NCBI RefSeq assembly: GCF_021028975.2
Contig: NC_059430.1
Location: 31,992,001 to 32,056,000 of the forward strand
Direction: 5' to 3'
Source of the DNA: Sphaerodactylus townsendi
Lineage: Eukaryota
Length of the DNA: 64,000 bases
Shown here: in pieces, positions 13,480 to 24,930 of the stretch
How the letters are laid out: each line of letters begins with the position of its first letter
Position numbering within the stretch: position 1 is the stretch's first letter
Translations under genes and position numbers: made by a program
The notes under the pieces: generated by a model
What the model saw: only the letters and a program-made list of their open reading frames with translations
Database searches by the model: none
What the model was told of the DNA's origin: nothing

Positions 13480-13896
13480 CATAAGAACATAAGAACTAGC
13501 CTGCTGGATCAGACCAGAGTCCATCTAGTCCAGCATTCTGCTACTCGCAGTGGCCCACCAGGTGCATTTGGGAGCTCACGTGCAGGATGTGAAAGCAATG
13601 GCCTGCTGCTGCTGCTGCTGCTCCTGAGCACCTGGTCTGCTAAGGCATTTGCAATCTGGGATCAAGGAGGATCAAGATTGGTAGCCATAGATTGACTTCT
13701 CCTCCATAAATCTGTCCAAGCCCCTTTTAAAGCTATCCAGGTTAGTGGCCATCACCACCTCCTGTGGCAGCATATTCCAAACACCAATCACACGTTGCGT
13801 GAAGAAGTGTTTCCTTTTATTAGTCCTGATTCTTCCCCCCAGCATTTTCAATGAATGCCCCCTGGTTCTAGTATTGTGAGAAAGAGAGAAAAAATT
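13480..13896 (-). mobile_element. Young CR1 LINE 3' end (ORF2 C-terminus and 3' UTR)
   Basis: ORF FFSLSHNTRTRGHSLKMLGGR...IYGYQS*, nearly identical to the CR1 at 52434-53855; (CATAAGAA)n tail; possible TSD AACTCTA. Confidence 0.92.
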
Positions 13897-13930
13897 AAAC
13901 TCTATTGACATTTGAGTCATGGGGTGTACA

Positions 13931-14088
13931 CAGAGGTGGGATCCAGCAGGTTCTCACAGGTTCTCAAGAGTAGGTTACTAATTATTTGTGTGTGCCGAGA
14001 GGGGGTTAGTAATTGGTGATTTTGCTGGCAGGGGCTGATGGGATTTGTAGTCCATGAACATCTGGAGAGCTGCAGGTTGCAGACCCCT
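13931..14088. mobile_element. Composite of two hAT MITE halves
   Basis: Left end cagaggtgggatccagcagg (family of 54005) joined to the right arm of the 2392-type MITE (...ggttgcagacccct). Confidence 0.65.
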
Positions 14089-15844
14089 AGAGCTTTCCAG
14101 GGCCTTTTCAGTCTCTCTCTCCTCTGCACAAACAGTGCAGAGGAGAGAGGGGCTGAAGATCCCTCTCCCTCAACATGCCACTGTGCCAGTATAAATCAGG
14201 GTCCGGCCCTGCAGCCTTGGGAAACAAATTTTCTTACACCTGACATGTGACTGAGTCAAAGTCTAGTTAGGGGAACCCCCAAATACAATATGTTAAAAAC
14301 CATAACATGTAATTTGGGCTCTCTCAGTTACTAGGAGGGTACTTGAAGGCTTGTCAATCCTACTTTGGAGTGATTCAGTTTAGGAGGTTGCCAGAGCCTT
14401 GCAGAACTGTTGATTGCCGCCTATGACCATTGCAAATGCAATGGAGTTGATCAAACTCTGGGAGCAAACCTGGCTCACATTATTTCTGCTTTGTGCATCA
14501 AAGTGCTTCACCTCTTGTTCCAGCCCTTCCAAGGACAGCTGCTCCTTGCAATGGCAAAAGAATTTCCCTTTGAAGTATGTTGTGCTCATTCCCTTGTTCC
14601 AAAGAGATATCAGATGACTGATTGCATTTGTGTACTTTATTGTCATTCTTTCTGTTTTCCTTTGGCGATTTATTGACACAGAGTAATGTAACTTAAAAGG
14701 GACTTATTCTAGTTATTACTGGGGGAAAATAAACTAAAGGAACCATTAAGAGATTTAAAACAATCTCATGGTTAGGATTACCCGTCTTAAAAATAGTGAT
14801 AATATCAAAGAGCTGGTAGATTTGTAATTTAATTGAACTTTGTACTTGTTGGATAGAAAGGGTAAAGTATGCGGAAGGCTGATATAAAATGGTCAGGCAT
14901 GAGGCTGAGGAAGTCCATGAAGTCTTTTTATGGTAACCCATAATCATGTTGGTGGGGAGACATCTTCTGGTTTATGTTTTCATTAAAACATTAATTCTGA
15001 AAGAGTGACAGGATGGATCACTATCTGTTGTCAAACTTTGGTAATGATATGCTAGAGGCTTTGAAGAAAACCTTTGTCTAGACAAAGTCACCTTAGGAAA
15101 GATTTCAAATGTATATTTTATTTTGAATCTTTGCTCATTTTGTGGCATTTATGCTGGATGATCTGTCCTTCAGAGGTATCTTGTCCTTCAGAGATCTTAC
15201 GTTGGCTTGCGCTTTTGACCTTCAAATATATTACATTGATAAGGCACAATCTAGCAAAAGCTAGTTATGATTGAAAGAGCAGTGCTAATCAGGTCTACTC
15301 AGAATATTTTCAGATCTATTCAGCGGGGCTTACTCTCTGGAAAGTGTTCTTGGGATTGTAGTTAAATTCCAGAGTGAGATTAAGTCATGATTAAATTGTC
15401 CTATTGATCTCAGTAGAATTTAGTCATGACTAGATTGTGTCAATTAAGTAAAATATCTTGAAGAGGAGATTACGTTGATGGAACACAACTAACAAGTAAT
15501 TTTATAGCAAGAACCCTTAAACTGAACTGGCTGCCTGCTACAGCCAAATGGAACTGAACATCTTGCTCAGAGGCTAATCTGTGTCACTTCCTTTCAGGGA
15601 TCAATACAATAACAGTGCAATCCTATGAGTTAATGCAGTTTAAGTCCAATTGATTTAAACTGGAGTAACTGCATAGGGTTTCTCTGTAACATTCCAATCC
15701 TAGCACAAGCTCCACTGAATAGACCTGAATAGGATTCTTCTTAGACCTGTTTAGGATTCCTGTTTAGATGAGCCATCTTTAGCAGGCCTATTTGGGGCAG
15801 CATAACAGATTTTTTTTTCTTCCCACTGCACCATTGTTCTTTTG

Positions 15845-17240
15845 GACAGCAAGATTCGAGTCCAATAACACCTTAGAGACCAACAAGTGTAGGGGTGAGC
15901 CAGCGAACCCAGCAGAGTCTCAGACAGTGCACAGGAATGCCTGCGCCATCTGTCCCCTTCTGGGTGCACACGCACACCCATCACGAGATCCCCCTGACTC
16001 ACAGGTCACCAGATGCCTGAGTCATGGGTCACAAGACCCCCAGATGTGGAATTGACCCAGACGGAGACGTTTCTTCCTGCACGTACACTGCCCCCGCAGG
16101 TTATGAATTGTGCAACCTTCTCCCGCTCTCCCGCCTTCCCCAAACCCTAATAAAAGGTGCCAGGGACTACGGTACGGCAGATTAGCCAGATCCACGGATC
16201 GCGCTAGCCCGCCGCTGGCTTCTCTCCACCGGATGATATCGCTGCGTCTTATCTCTTCATTGCGTCGCCATACCGACTTCAAACAAGATTTTCAGGGTAT
16301 AAGTTTTGAGAGTCAGAGCTCTTTGCCAGATAATCTCTACCTGGGAGAATTCTCTGTCTGAGAGATTCTTACTTGCAGGGGTTACAGCAGATAGATTTGG
16401 AATTACAATACCCACTGGATGTAGCAAGGAAACAGAATGAGAGCAAGAGGTAACTTGCTACAAGTTAGCCCCAAAAGATACGACAACAGAATACCACTTA
16501 TGGTCACATGCAAGTGGTTCAATGCATCATTAACAATCTACAATCTCTACTGGACAATGATACTCCCCTCTAACAGGCATTGAGAGGCAAACCTTTTCTT
16601 TCCTACAGTCAGCCTCCTAAATAACTTTTCACCTACAGCAGCATCCTTCCTAACATGAATACAGATTCTGGGAACAAGGTCTACAACAAAACCAGATGCC
16701 AATTCTGTCCCTACATCCACTCTCACAATATAATAATCAGATTTAAAAACACAGTCATACCATCTCAGGTTTATTCAGGGGTTCATCATTCAGCATTATA
16801 TGTGTCATGAAAGGTCGGCAATACCCTTCAACTCTTTACATCAAACAAGCAGAATACATGGACACAAATCTGACATTTAAAAACACAATACTCAAAAATC
16901 AGTGGAAGAACATTTTAATCTTCCAGGTCATTCCACTGCTGGCCTAAAGGTGGCAGTCCTCAAACAGAGAAGCTTCAATGAGAGATTACAATGTGAGATT
17001 GCTGAACTTGAGTTCATTCACAAATTCAGAACAATCCCCCCTTTCCTCCAGGGCTGAATAGGGACATAGGATTTTTATCCCACTACAGATGCTAATACTC
17101 TGCCCCCAATCATTTCCCCTCTGCTCTAATCAAGCTGATTAAAATGTGCCTCTGCATCCTGAGTGCCCTCTTTACAATATCCTTCCTACTGTCACTATGA
17201 TATAAGGACTCAGAGATCTCTATTCCAACTCATATCTGGT
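15845..17240 (+). mobile_element. Degenerate Penelope-like retroelement: inverted terminal repeat plus GIY-YIG endonuclease C-terminus, interrupted by a solo LTR
   Basis: 16905-17095 translates EEHFNLPGHSTAGLKVAVLKQRSFNERLQCEIAELEFIHKFRTI...GLNRDIGFLSHYRC*; the terminal repeat caccttagagaccaacaag|attttcagggtataag is split by the LTR. Confidence 0.8.
15888..16281 (+). mobile_element. Solo LTR, 394 bp, ERV-like
   Basis: TG...CA termini; exact 6-bp TSD AACAAG at 15882-15887 and 16282-16287; CpG-rich; TAATAAAA at 16148. Confidence 0.85.
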
Positions 17241-17244
17241 GAAA

Positions 17245-17411
17245 GGTAAGCATTAAGGGAAGGGGTCTGCTCAGGGATATAGACGAGATTAGGGACCAGG
17301 TGCTCGGCGGCAGCAGCAGCAGAAGGCCATTGCTTTCACTTCCTGCATGTGAGCAGAGTGCTGGACCAGATGGAATCTGGTCTGATCCAGCAGGCTCTTT
17401 CTTATGTCCTT
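17245..17411 (+). mobile_element. CR1 3'-terminal fragment
   Basis: gaccaggtgctcgg...ctggtctgatccagcaggctctttcttatg, homologous to 53700-53855. Confidence 0.8.
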
Positions 17412-20400
17412 AGGGACAGTTCAACTAGTTGTTTATTGTGCTTTCAGTAACTTATGGACAGATCATGATTTGGCCATGATACAAGGGGCTTCCAACTTTC
17501 CTCTGCCCATCATTTAAGCACTGATACTAGCCTAGTTTGTAAATGAACGAAGAGAGCTGCTGATCTCTGTTCTACTGGCATAAAGGAGCCACAATGATAT
17601 AGTGGTGGGAATGGGGGACTAAGACCATGGAGGTGAGGGTTCACATTCCACTCAGTCATGAAACTAGCTAGGTGACATTGCCCCATATGTTCTTTGGTTG
17701 CTTCCAGATGGAACTATTTTTCATCCTTGCATCCAAAAGTGAATCACTTCTTGGGGAGTAGATGGGGGCTTCCACACAAAATCGTTGTGTGGTGGTTGTC
17801 CCCATTCTGGTTCTTCCCTGGCTCCACTGTGATTTTTCCAAACATATTTTGCTTTGAACCTTACTGAAACATCATACTCAAAGGCCTTTTAAGGAAAGCC
17901 CCGACTGCCAATGGGCTTTTTGCCAGCTATTTTTCAAAAACTGCAGTATAGTGATATACAAACTAATGAATTAAAACAAACTGCCAAAATTGCCCATCTG
18001 AGTCAGGGGAATGGGAGGGGGCCTATCTAGGCAAGCTACATTGCTGCTGTGATTACAAGGGCATTTGCAGCAGCAGCAACGAGAAGGAAATTGTGCATTG
18101 TCCTAATGTAGCGGCAACCTTCGTCTCTCAGCCTAAAGTACCTTACAGGGTTGCTGTTTGAATAAAATGTGGGATGCTGACCTGAGCTCCTTAGAGGAAG
18201 GGCGGGATAAAAAAATGAAATATGCAAAAGAACAGAACAACTGCAGGATAAACTCTCATGGGCAGAATCTTTTCCTGACTTTTAACAAAATAATTATGTC
18301 AGTCAATAGCAAAACATTCTTTAAGATCTTACAGTTTTATTCCAAGTTTCCTCAAGATGTTTTGTTTCTGATTGTTCTCTTTCCATCATTTCTCTGTTTC
18401 TTCCCGATTCCAAATGAAGATTTTTCTCTGTTTCACCACCACTAACCATGCACCTTTTTTGTTTCCACACAACATTGTTTTCTAGTCCGGCACAAATTGT
18501 AAACAGTGTTTCCCCCCACTAAAAACTCTACTTTTTAAAAGCTGGGGAGGATATTTCCTGGCACATGCAAACACCCTCTTCTTCTGTATTTTCACAGTGA
18601 ACTGCTTGGTGTCATTGCTGATACCAACAGCATTGAGATTTTAAAAACTAGGTCAGGGCACTGTTGCAACTGGCAAGCTCTTAGCTCTCTTAGATCAGCA
18701 TTTGAAAAGTTCTTGAAATGTTCTCTATCCTTCCCCCACCCCCAGCAGCAGATGAATATAGATGACCACAATGGGACTCTCAGTACCTTCCAACAATTAG
18801 CATTACCAAAAGATTCAAGTATTGCATTATTCTGGAGGACTAAGCAGTGGTATACCACATGACCCCTCCTTATACTGAATCACGTTCTTGGTTCAACAAG
18901 GTCTGTATTCTCTACTCAGGTTGATAGCCGTTCTCCAGGGTATGAGGCAGAGATCTTTCACATCACCTACAAGTGGGTCTTTTAAACTGAAGATGCTGGG
19001 GATTGAATATGGGACTTTCTACAAGCCAAAGAAATGCTCTACCAAGGAGCCCTTCCCCAACACTATGCCAATGTATGGGGGTGGGTTTAAGTGTAATATT
19101 GTGGTTTTCTTGAGAAATGCTACACATGCATCATTTTTTAAAGGTAAATGGAACACCATGATAGTGGCAAGACAAGTGTGTGTATATGGCCGGGGTGGGG
19201 TTGGGTGGGGGACTGTATCCAGAGTGAAAGGAAACCATGGTTTAAACGAGTGAAAAATCTGGTTAACCTGTGCTACATGGAATCTCTGCTGCAAGTATGA
19301 ACTGAACAATAGTTGCACTGTCAATATGACCACCATGGAAAACCCCTCCATGTGGGGACTCATCCCATGCCTGTTCAAATCAGAATAAAGGTGGTTTGAG
19401 AAAACATGGGGGGGGGGGGGAATGAGGAAACCGTGAAATGTCAACAAATGGGAAAGAACTCTGTGAAAAAGTTCTGAGAAAATCTTCAGCACCCAAACCT
19501 CAGGAAAACTTTTATGTTAAAAGACCCTTAAAATATGCACAGCACTCTCTCTCAGATATGTACTCCAAGAGCTTGCACAACCATAATGCCCACAGTAGAG
19601 TTCAGCAGTTCACTGTTTTTGTTTCTACTAATACTAGTTATTATGACTATAATTGTAATTATCCCATCTAAAGCTTTAGCTTTAGACTAAAGACTGCTTT
19701 AGACTGCTTCACTACTAATTTCATTTCACAGCATACCTCCTGGGTTTCTGTTCAGAAATGTACCTTCGTCATTGATAACAGAGAAGGGCTCAGCATTAAA
19801 TGTGAGGCGTGTTACACACACAAGCTCATTCCTATATCTTCTGCGTTAACCTGGAATAATGTAGTTCTGCACTCGAATCACCATGATAGGTTAGGATGTT
19901 CACTTTTTTCATAATCCAGGGCAACAGTGGTAATTTCCACAATTTCACTACTCCTTTAACTGTTTTGATTGTGATTTGAACAAGGGTAGACACGCTGTTA
20001 ATTCCAGGTGGGTAGCCACGGTGTTTCTCATACAAGGGCAGGCTTGCGTGGTTTTCCCATTGTTGCTGTGGCTGCTAATATGCCACAACGGCAATGGGGC
20101 TTTCACATGGTAAGTTTTCCTGTCCCATTTCCTGATCAGTAGCCATCAAATAAACACCCCATGCCACTAGGGCATTTTAATTTTTTTAATGACTATTGAT
20201 TACTATTACAACATTATAATAATATGTGTATTGGGTTCACTGAATTCCTAGCCTTTTTTAAAGGAGTTATTTGTTCTGTTCACTGTAGGAATGTGCCTTT
20301 TGCCTTATAACTCTGCAATCAATGAAAGGCACCACTTAATTTTTTTTTATGAAAGCTGGGGTTCACACTGTTATAATATTATGACAATAGTCCACTGTCA

Positions 20401-20959
20401 AATTAAAAATCACTGCATTCAGGAGCAGGGGGAGGGAATGGCTGTTAAAGGAACATATGAGAGAGAAATCGCAGCTGAAAGATGGGATCAGGAAAATGTA
20501 AACATTCCCTCCCCACACAGCAGGGTTTGCTGCTATCTTTCCCAAAATTTTGCAATACATTAAATTTTAGACAGAATGTAGAAAAGCTGGGGAAAACTTG
20601 GAAAGTGCATGAATACACCACAATGCTCTGGGAAAACAGGGGAAAATATGCCATGTCCCAATAGCATCAAACTCAGAGTCAGTGTAGAAACCTACCTCTC
20701 TTGATTGTTGTTCTGAGGTTATTAAGGCGGAAATGAAAATAATATGCAGCTATGATGCACTCTGCCATGAGGTATGTTGAGTGGCCTTGAGCCAATCAGT
20801 CTCTGTCAGCCTCACCTACCCCATAGAGTTGTTCTGTGGATAAAATGCTAGAAGAGAAATGAAGTTTGCCAACCTGAGCAATTTAGGGAAAGGATGGAAT
20901 GAAAATGTACTAGTCCAGCAGTGTGTGTGTGTGAGAGAGAGTATTTCCCTTTCTAGACT

Positions 20960-21120
20960 TGTGAGGTGACTTTGGGCAGTCACAGTTCTCTTAGAACTCT
21001 CTCAGCCCCACCTACCTCACAAGGTGTGTAGTGTGGGAAGGGGGAGGGAAGGTGATTGTAAGCTGGTTTGAGATTGCTTAAAGGTTGAGAAAAGTGAGAT
21101 ATAAAAACCAGCCTTCTTTT
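20960..21120 (+). mobile_element. SINE 3' fragment
   Basis: ggtgactttgggcagtcacag...ctcagccccacctacctcacaagg. Confidence 0.7.
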
Positions 21121-21614
21121 TCATGTTTCTCAAGCATACTGAGAACAAAAGGTATTATTACTGCAGTTAAAAAAACAACAGGAACCCCCCCAAAGCCACT
21201 CATTAGAATTTATCTTCTTTTCAGTGTAGTTAAGTAACAGTAGGAGGTTGGTAGAGGTCTTCATACAGATTGTAGTCTGAATTGAAGAGGGAATCATATT
21301 CCCAGGCACTTTCCTAATTGCTGTGTGTATAAGCCTGACTTGCAATAACCCCAGAAATGATTTATTTTAGCATAGCCTGCAAGAACACAGCTTGGAGTGT
21401 GGTCAAGGGGGAATCAGTGGGAGAGGATGAAATTCAGGGAATCAAGTGGGAGCACTTGTGGCTTTTATTGAGGCCCCCTCTACCTTTCTTCCCATCTTTG
21501 GAGCACTGTCTTTTATCTGTTCATTTTACATGTTACCTGCCAGAACATTCAGATGGATGCAGTCGTGTATTACTTTCTTTTTTACATTCTGATATATTAG
21601 GGTACATGTGCAGG

Positions 21615-21860
21615 CAGGGGCGTACCACCCAGGGGGACATATGGGGTCCAATGTCCCCGGGCTGCGGCCATTTAGTCATGTGGGGGAAAGAAAATCGCCC
21701 CCACACTCCTCCTCCTCCCCATGTCCATACACTGACTTCAAAACCTGGTGCAAAAAAAGTCGTTTGGTCGTGGTGGGGGAGGATGGCCGCCCATACGGTG
21801 GTGGGGGGAAGAAGTAAAACAGATTTTGCATGGGGCTAGATTTTCCCTCAATACACCTCT
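21615..21860. mobile_element. Probable non-autonomous DNA transposon
   Basis: CAGGGGCGTA...TACACCTCTG imperfect terminal inverted repeats; no clear TSD. Confidence 0.45.
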
Positions 21861-23489
21861 GTATGCTGAACTACCAAGAGTTGTTGTCGGTCTCCTGACA
21901 AAGATCTCCTCTCACCACCAAATCACATCACATTCCCCCTCCCCATATACACCCTGACGTACAGACCCACACAAGAATGGCTATGCTGCTATTATCCTCC
22001 AGTGGCACCATGTCTAACTCAAAATATGCTTGATATTGATTAATTAGGTGCTTATTAAAGAATGGAACAGAGTGCAGGACCCAAGTTGACCATATTATCT
22101 TTCAGAGTTAAAATTATGACTAAATTTAACAAATTTAACAATATCCATTGATTCTGAAAGATGCAAGATTCCATACTTTGATCATGGACACATGGAGTGT
22201 TCGCACCAGCTTGGATGCTATTGGAAAGCTGTTTTCTGTGCTTCTGCAGAGCATTGTGGTGTTTCTGTGCACCTCCTAGGTTATCTTTATCTTTCTTGTG
22301 ATCTCTCCCAAACCTGCTTTGTGCCAAAGTTTTGAGAAAAATTGTAGCACAGCTGTGGATGGGAAAGTTCTTCCCAGTGTTGGCTGGTGTTATTTTCAGT
22401 GTCCCAGTCTCTTCGGCAGCTGTCCCATTATTGAAGGTCTTTCCTCCTTTAAATCAGTTACTGGCCATGAGGCTACTGGTTGACTAGCCCGTGAACACAT
22501 GGATCTGTCTTATGCTGATTCAGACCTTTGGTCCTTTGAGGTCAGTATTATCTACTCAGACTGGCTGCAACTCTCCAGTGTCTCAGGCAGAGATCTTTCA
22601 CATCACCTGCTGCCTAGTACTTTTAATTGAAGGTACCATGGATGGAACCTGGGATCTTCTGTATGCCAAGCAGGTGGTCTACCAAAGAGCCGTAACCCCT
22701 CTTCTAAATTGATATATTATCATGTCTATCAGGCTCCCTGCATCCCCTGCTTTCATTTTAAAAAAACAATTAAAGCTATGCTTTTCCCCTTATACCTCCA
22801 CAATGAAAGGTGCTATGCACAGAAAGGCAGGAATTCAGAAAAGCTGATAGACTGTTATGTTATAGTGGTATAACAAAGGAAAAAGAGAAAACCCCTGCAT
22901 GGTGAATCCAGGGGACTAGGGCAGAAGAAGTGCTTGGAAATGTGAAGTATGGAAACCCCGTTGCTGATTTACTGTATCAACTGCTGCAGCAGCTATAGGC
23001 AATCAACAGAAAAACAGCTCCATGTAGAAGACTTGCAGACTTTCACAACATTTAAAAGAACCAATAAGTGTGATATCTTCTAATTAATTCAAATCATATC
23101 TAGAGACTCTGTTCAGTGTTATTCTACCCTCTCTTGCAATAAACCTCTGAAGTCAAATAGTCTGAAAGAAAGCAGCTGGCTGTCCCAAGTTCACCCAGTC
23201 AGTTTCCTTATTGTGTAGAGATTTGAAACTGGTTCTCCCCAGTTATAGTCTGACAATAATTGCCTTATTACACCCTCTTCCATTAAACTACAGTAGCTAA
23301 ATCTTGACTCTCTGGTCATATTTTTTAGCACCAGGGCATCCTAGATGCAAAAGTTTGATGTGGAGAAAATTAGGTGTACTTCAATCCCTCCCATTTGCCA
23401 TCATTGAAAGTCACCATTCATTCAAGTACCACTAAAACCACTTGTTCCAAGTGAATTGAGACTTCATTGAGACAAACATAGCTAACTTA

Positions 23490-23630
23490 GGCTCATTCCG
23501 CACATGCAGAATAATGCACTTTCAAACTGTTTTCAGTGCTCTTTGAAGCTGTGCGGAATGGCAAAATCCACTTGCAAACAGTTGTGAAAGTGGTTTGAAA
23601 ACGCATTATTTTGCGGGTGCAGAAGGGGCC
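23490..23630. mobile_element. PIF/Harbinger-type MITE
   Basis: GGCTCATTCCGCAC...GTGCAGAAGGGGCC with 3-bp TSD TTA at 23487-23489 and 23631-23633. Confidence 0.8.
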
Positions 23631-23778
23631 TTACTCTGGATCAAGGGTGACATGTTCTTTTCAAATTAGACAGGATATACCCGAATTAGTTTGTACAAAC
23701 ATTTGCCTACCAAATCTGATAACGATGTCTTAACAAGAAACAGAGAATTATCAACGAAGAAAATCAAGTTGATTTGTT

Positions 23779-23784
23779 TTTATT
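23779..23784 (-). terminator. Candidate ASCL4 poly(A) signal
   Basis: TTTATT on + (AATAAA on -), about 290 nt past the ASCL4 stop. Confidence 0.5.
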
Positions 23785-24073
23785 GTTCTCCCTGTCTGAA
23801 ACATACAAAACATTATTAGTTCTCCCTGTCTGAAACATACAAAACAAAAGAATATTTTAGGTTTTTAAAGATTATTTCAGTCATACTCATTCCATTGCTT
23901 TTAATGGCATAAATAAGGAAATTTTAGAACATTTTTTCTTAAGCGCTTGCAGTCCAAATGAACCATGGAAATAGTCATTTGAAATAATTAAGATACCTTT
24001 TTTCATCCCATTGCTGGAAACTATGCACATTGTTCTGCGGGAAAATCCATGCACATTTAGAAATATGACTGCT

Positions 24074-24691
24074 TTAAAGAAAGAAAGAATGGGATCTTGA
24101 AGTGTCCTTCTCTGAAGATGCTGTTTCCTCGCTGCAAACTTCCTCGAGCTCACTATATGGAGATGAAGGCAATGAAGTTTTAGATTCTCCATCACTGTTG
24201 CATTCTTTTCTCAAACTAAGAACAGGAGCAACTGAGGTCTCTGTAGCTGGAAGGGCGGTCTTAGTAGTCCCTAAAGGATCACAGTCCAACAAATTCTGAA
24301 GGTGCTTGATGTAACTTATGGCCGCTTTCAGAGTCTCTACTTTGCTAAGACGCTTGTCAGCTAACTCCTTGGGGAGATGGTCTCGCAGGCGAGCGTAACC
24401 TTCATTCACACAACGAACCCGTTGCCTCTCCCTCTCATTCCTCTTTCGGATGAAGGCAGGCTCGAAAGAATAGTCGTAGACTCCAACGTACCCGGAAAAA
24501 GGTAAGTATGAGAACCTTCCCGAGTATCCATTGTAGGCTTGGTGGTTCCAGTATGTTGGATTGAAGCGGATAGGAACAGCAAATGGCTCTTGGAGTGGTA
24601 ACCCAAGGGGAGGTGCACGGCTGCTCCCAAGGGATGTTGGTCCTGGGAATGAGATCCTGTTCAGTAGCTCATCATCTTTACCACTTCCCAT
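24074..24691 (-). CDS. ASCL4: Achaete-scute family bHLH transcription factor 4, single coding exon, 205 aa
   Basis: FEPAFIRKRNERERQRVRCVNEGYARLRDHLPKELADKRLSKVETLKAAISYIKHL is an ASCL3/4/5-type bHLH; first ATG at 24691 (the ORF-track start at 24790 is a TTG); position next to PRDM4 supports ASCL4. Confidence 0.92.
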   Translation of the reverse strand: MGSGKDDELLNRISFPGPTSLGSSRAPPLGLPLQEPFAVPIRFNPTYWNHQAYNGYSGRFSYLPFSGYVGVYDYSFEPAFIRKRNERERQRVRCVNEGYARLRDHLPKELADKRLSKVETLKAAISYIKHLQNLLDCDPLGTTKTALPATETSVAPVLSLRKECNSDGESKTSLPSSPYSELEEVCSEETASSEKDTSRSHSFFL

Positions 24692-24924
24692 TCTGCGGCA
24701 ACGTAGCAGCAATTTCCCCAAGCAGATCTGGTGAATTAATCCATCAATGGGAAGGTCCAGTTGCTGAATCCGCCATCTCACGAGACACAATGTATTTGTG
24801 TTTACTGAACAGTAGATCTATGCCCAAAGTTTGCTGCAACAAGGATGCATCCAGGATTTTGCCCAATGTCTGAAAATCAGCTCTGTGCCTGGATCTGTTA
24901 TTACAGAGGCAAGATGCCTTCTAA

Positions 24925-24930
24925 TTTATA
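24925..24930 (-). promoter_or_regulatory. Candidate TATA box for ASCL4
   Basis: TATAAA on the minus strand about 235 bp upstream of the ATG; inference only. Confidence 0.35.

Noticed and set aside
19191-19212. G-quadruplex-capable G runs, also near 6479, 44465 and 46430
   Set aside because: Common low-complexity tracts with no positional evidence of function.
21357-21957. 160-aa ORF and overlapping ORFs
   Set aside because: Span a GC-rich DNA-transposon remnant; no recognisable domain or splice structure.
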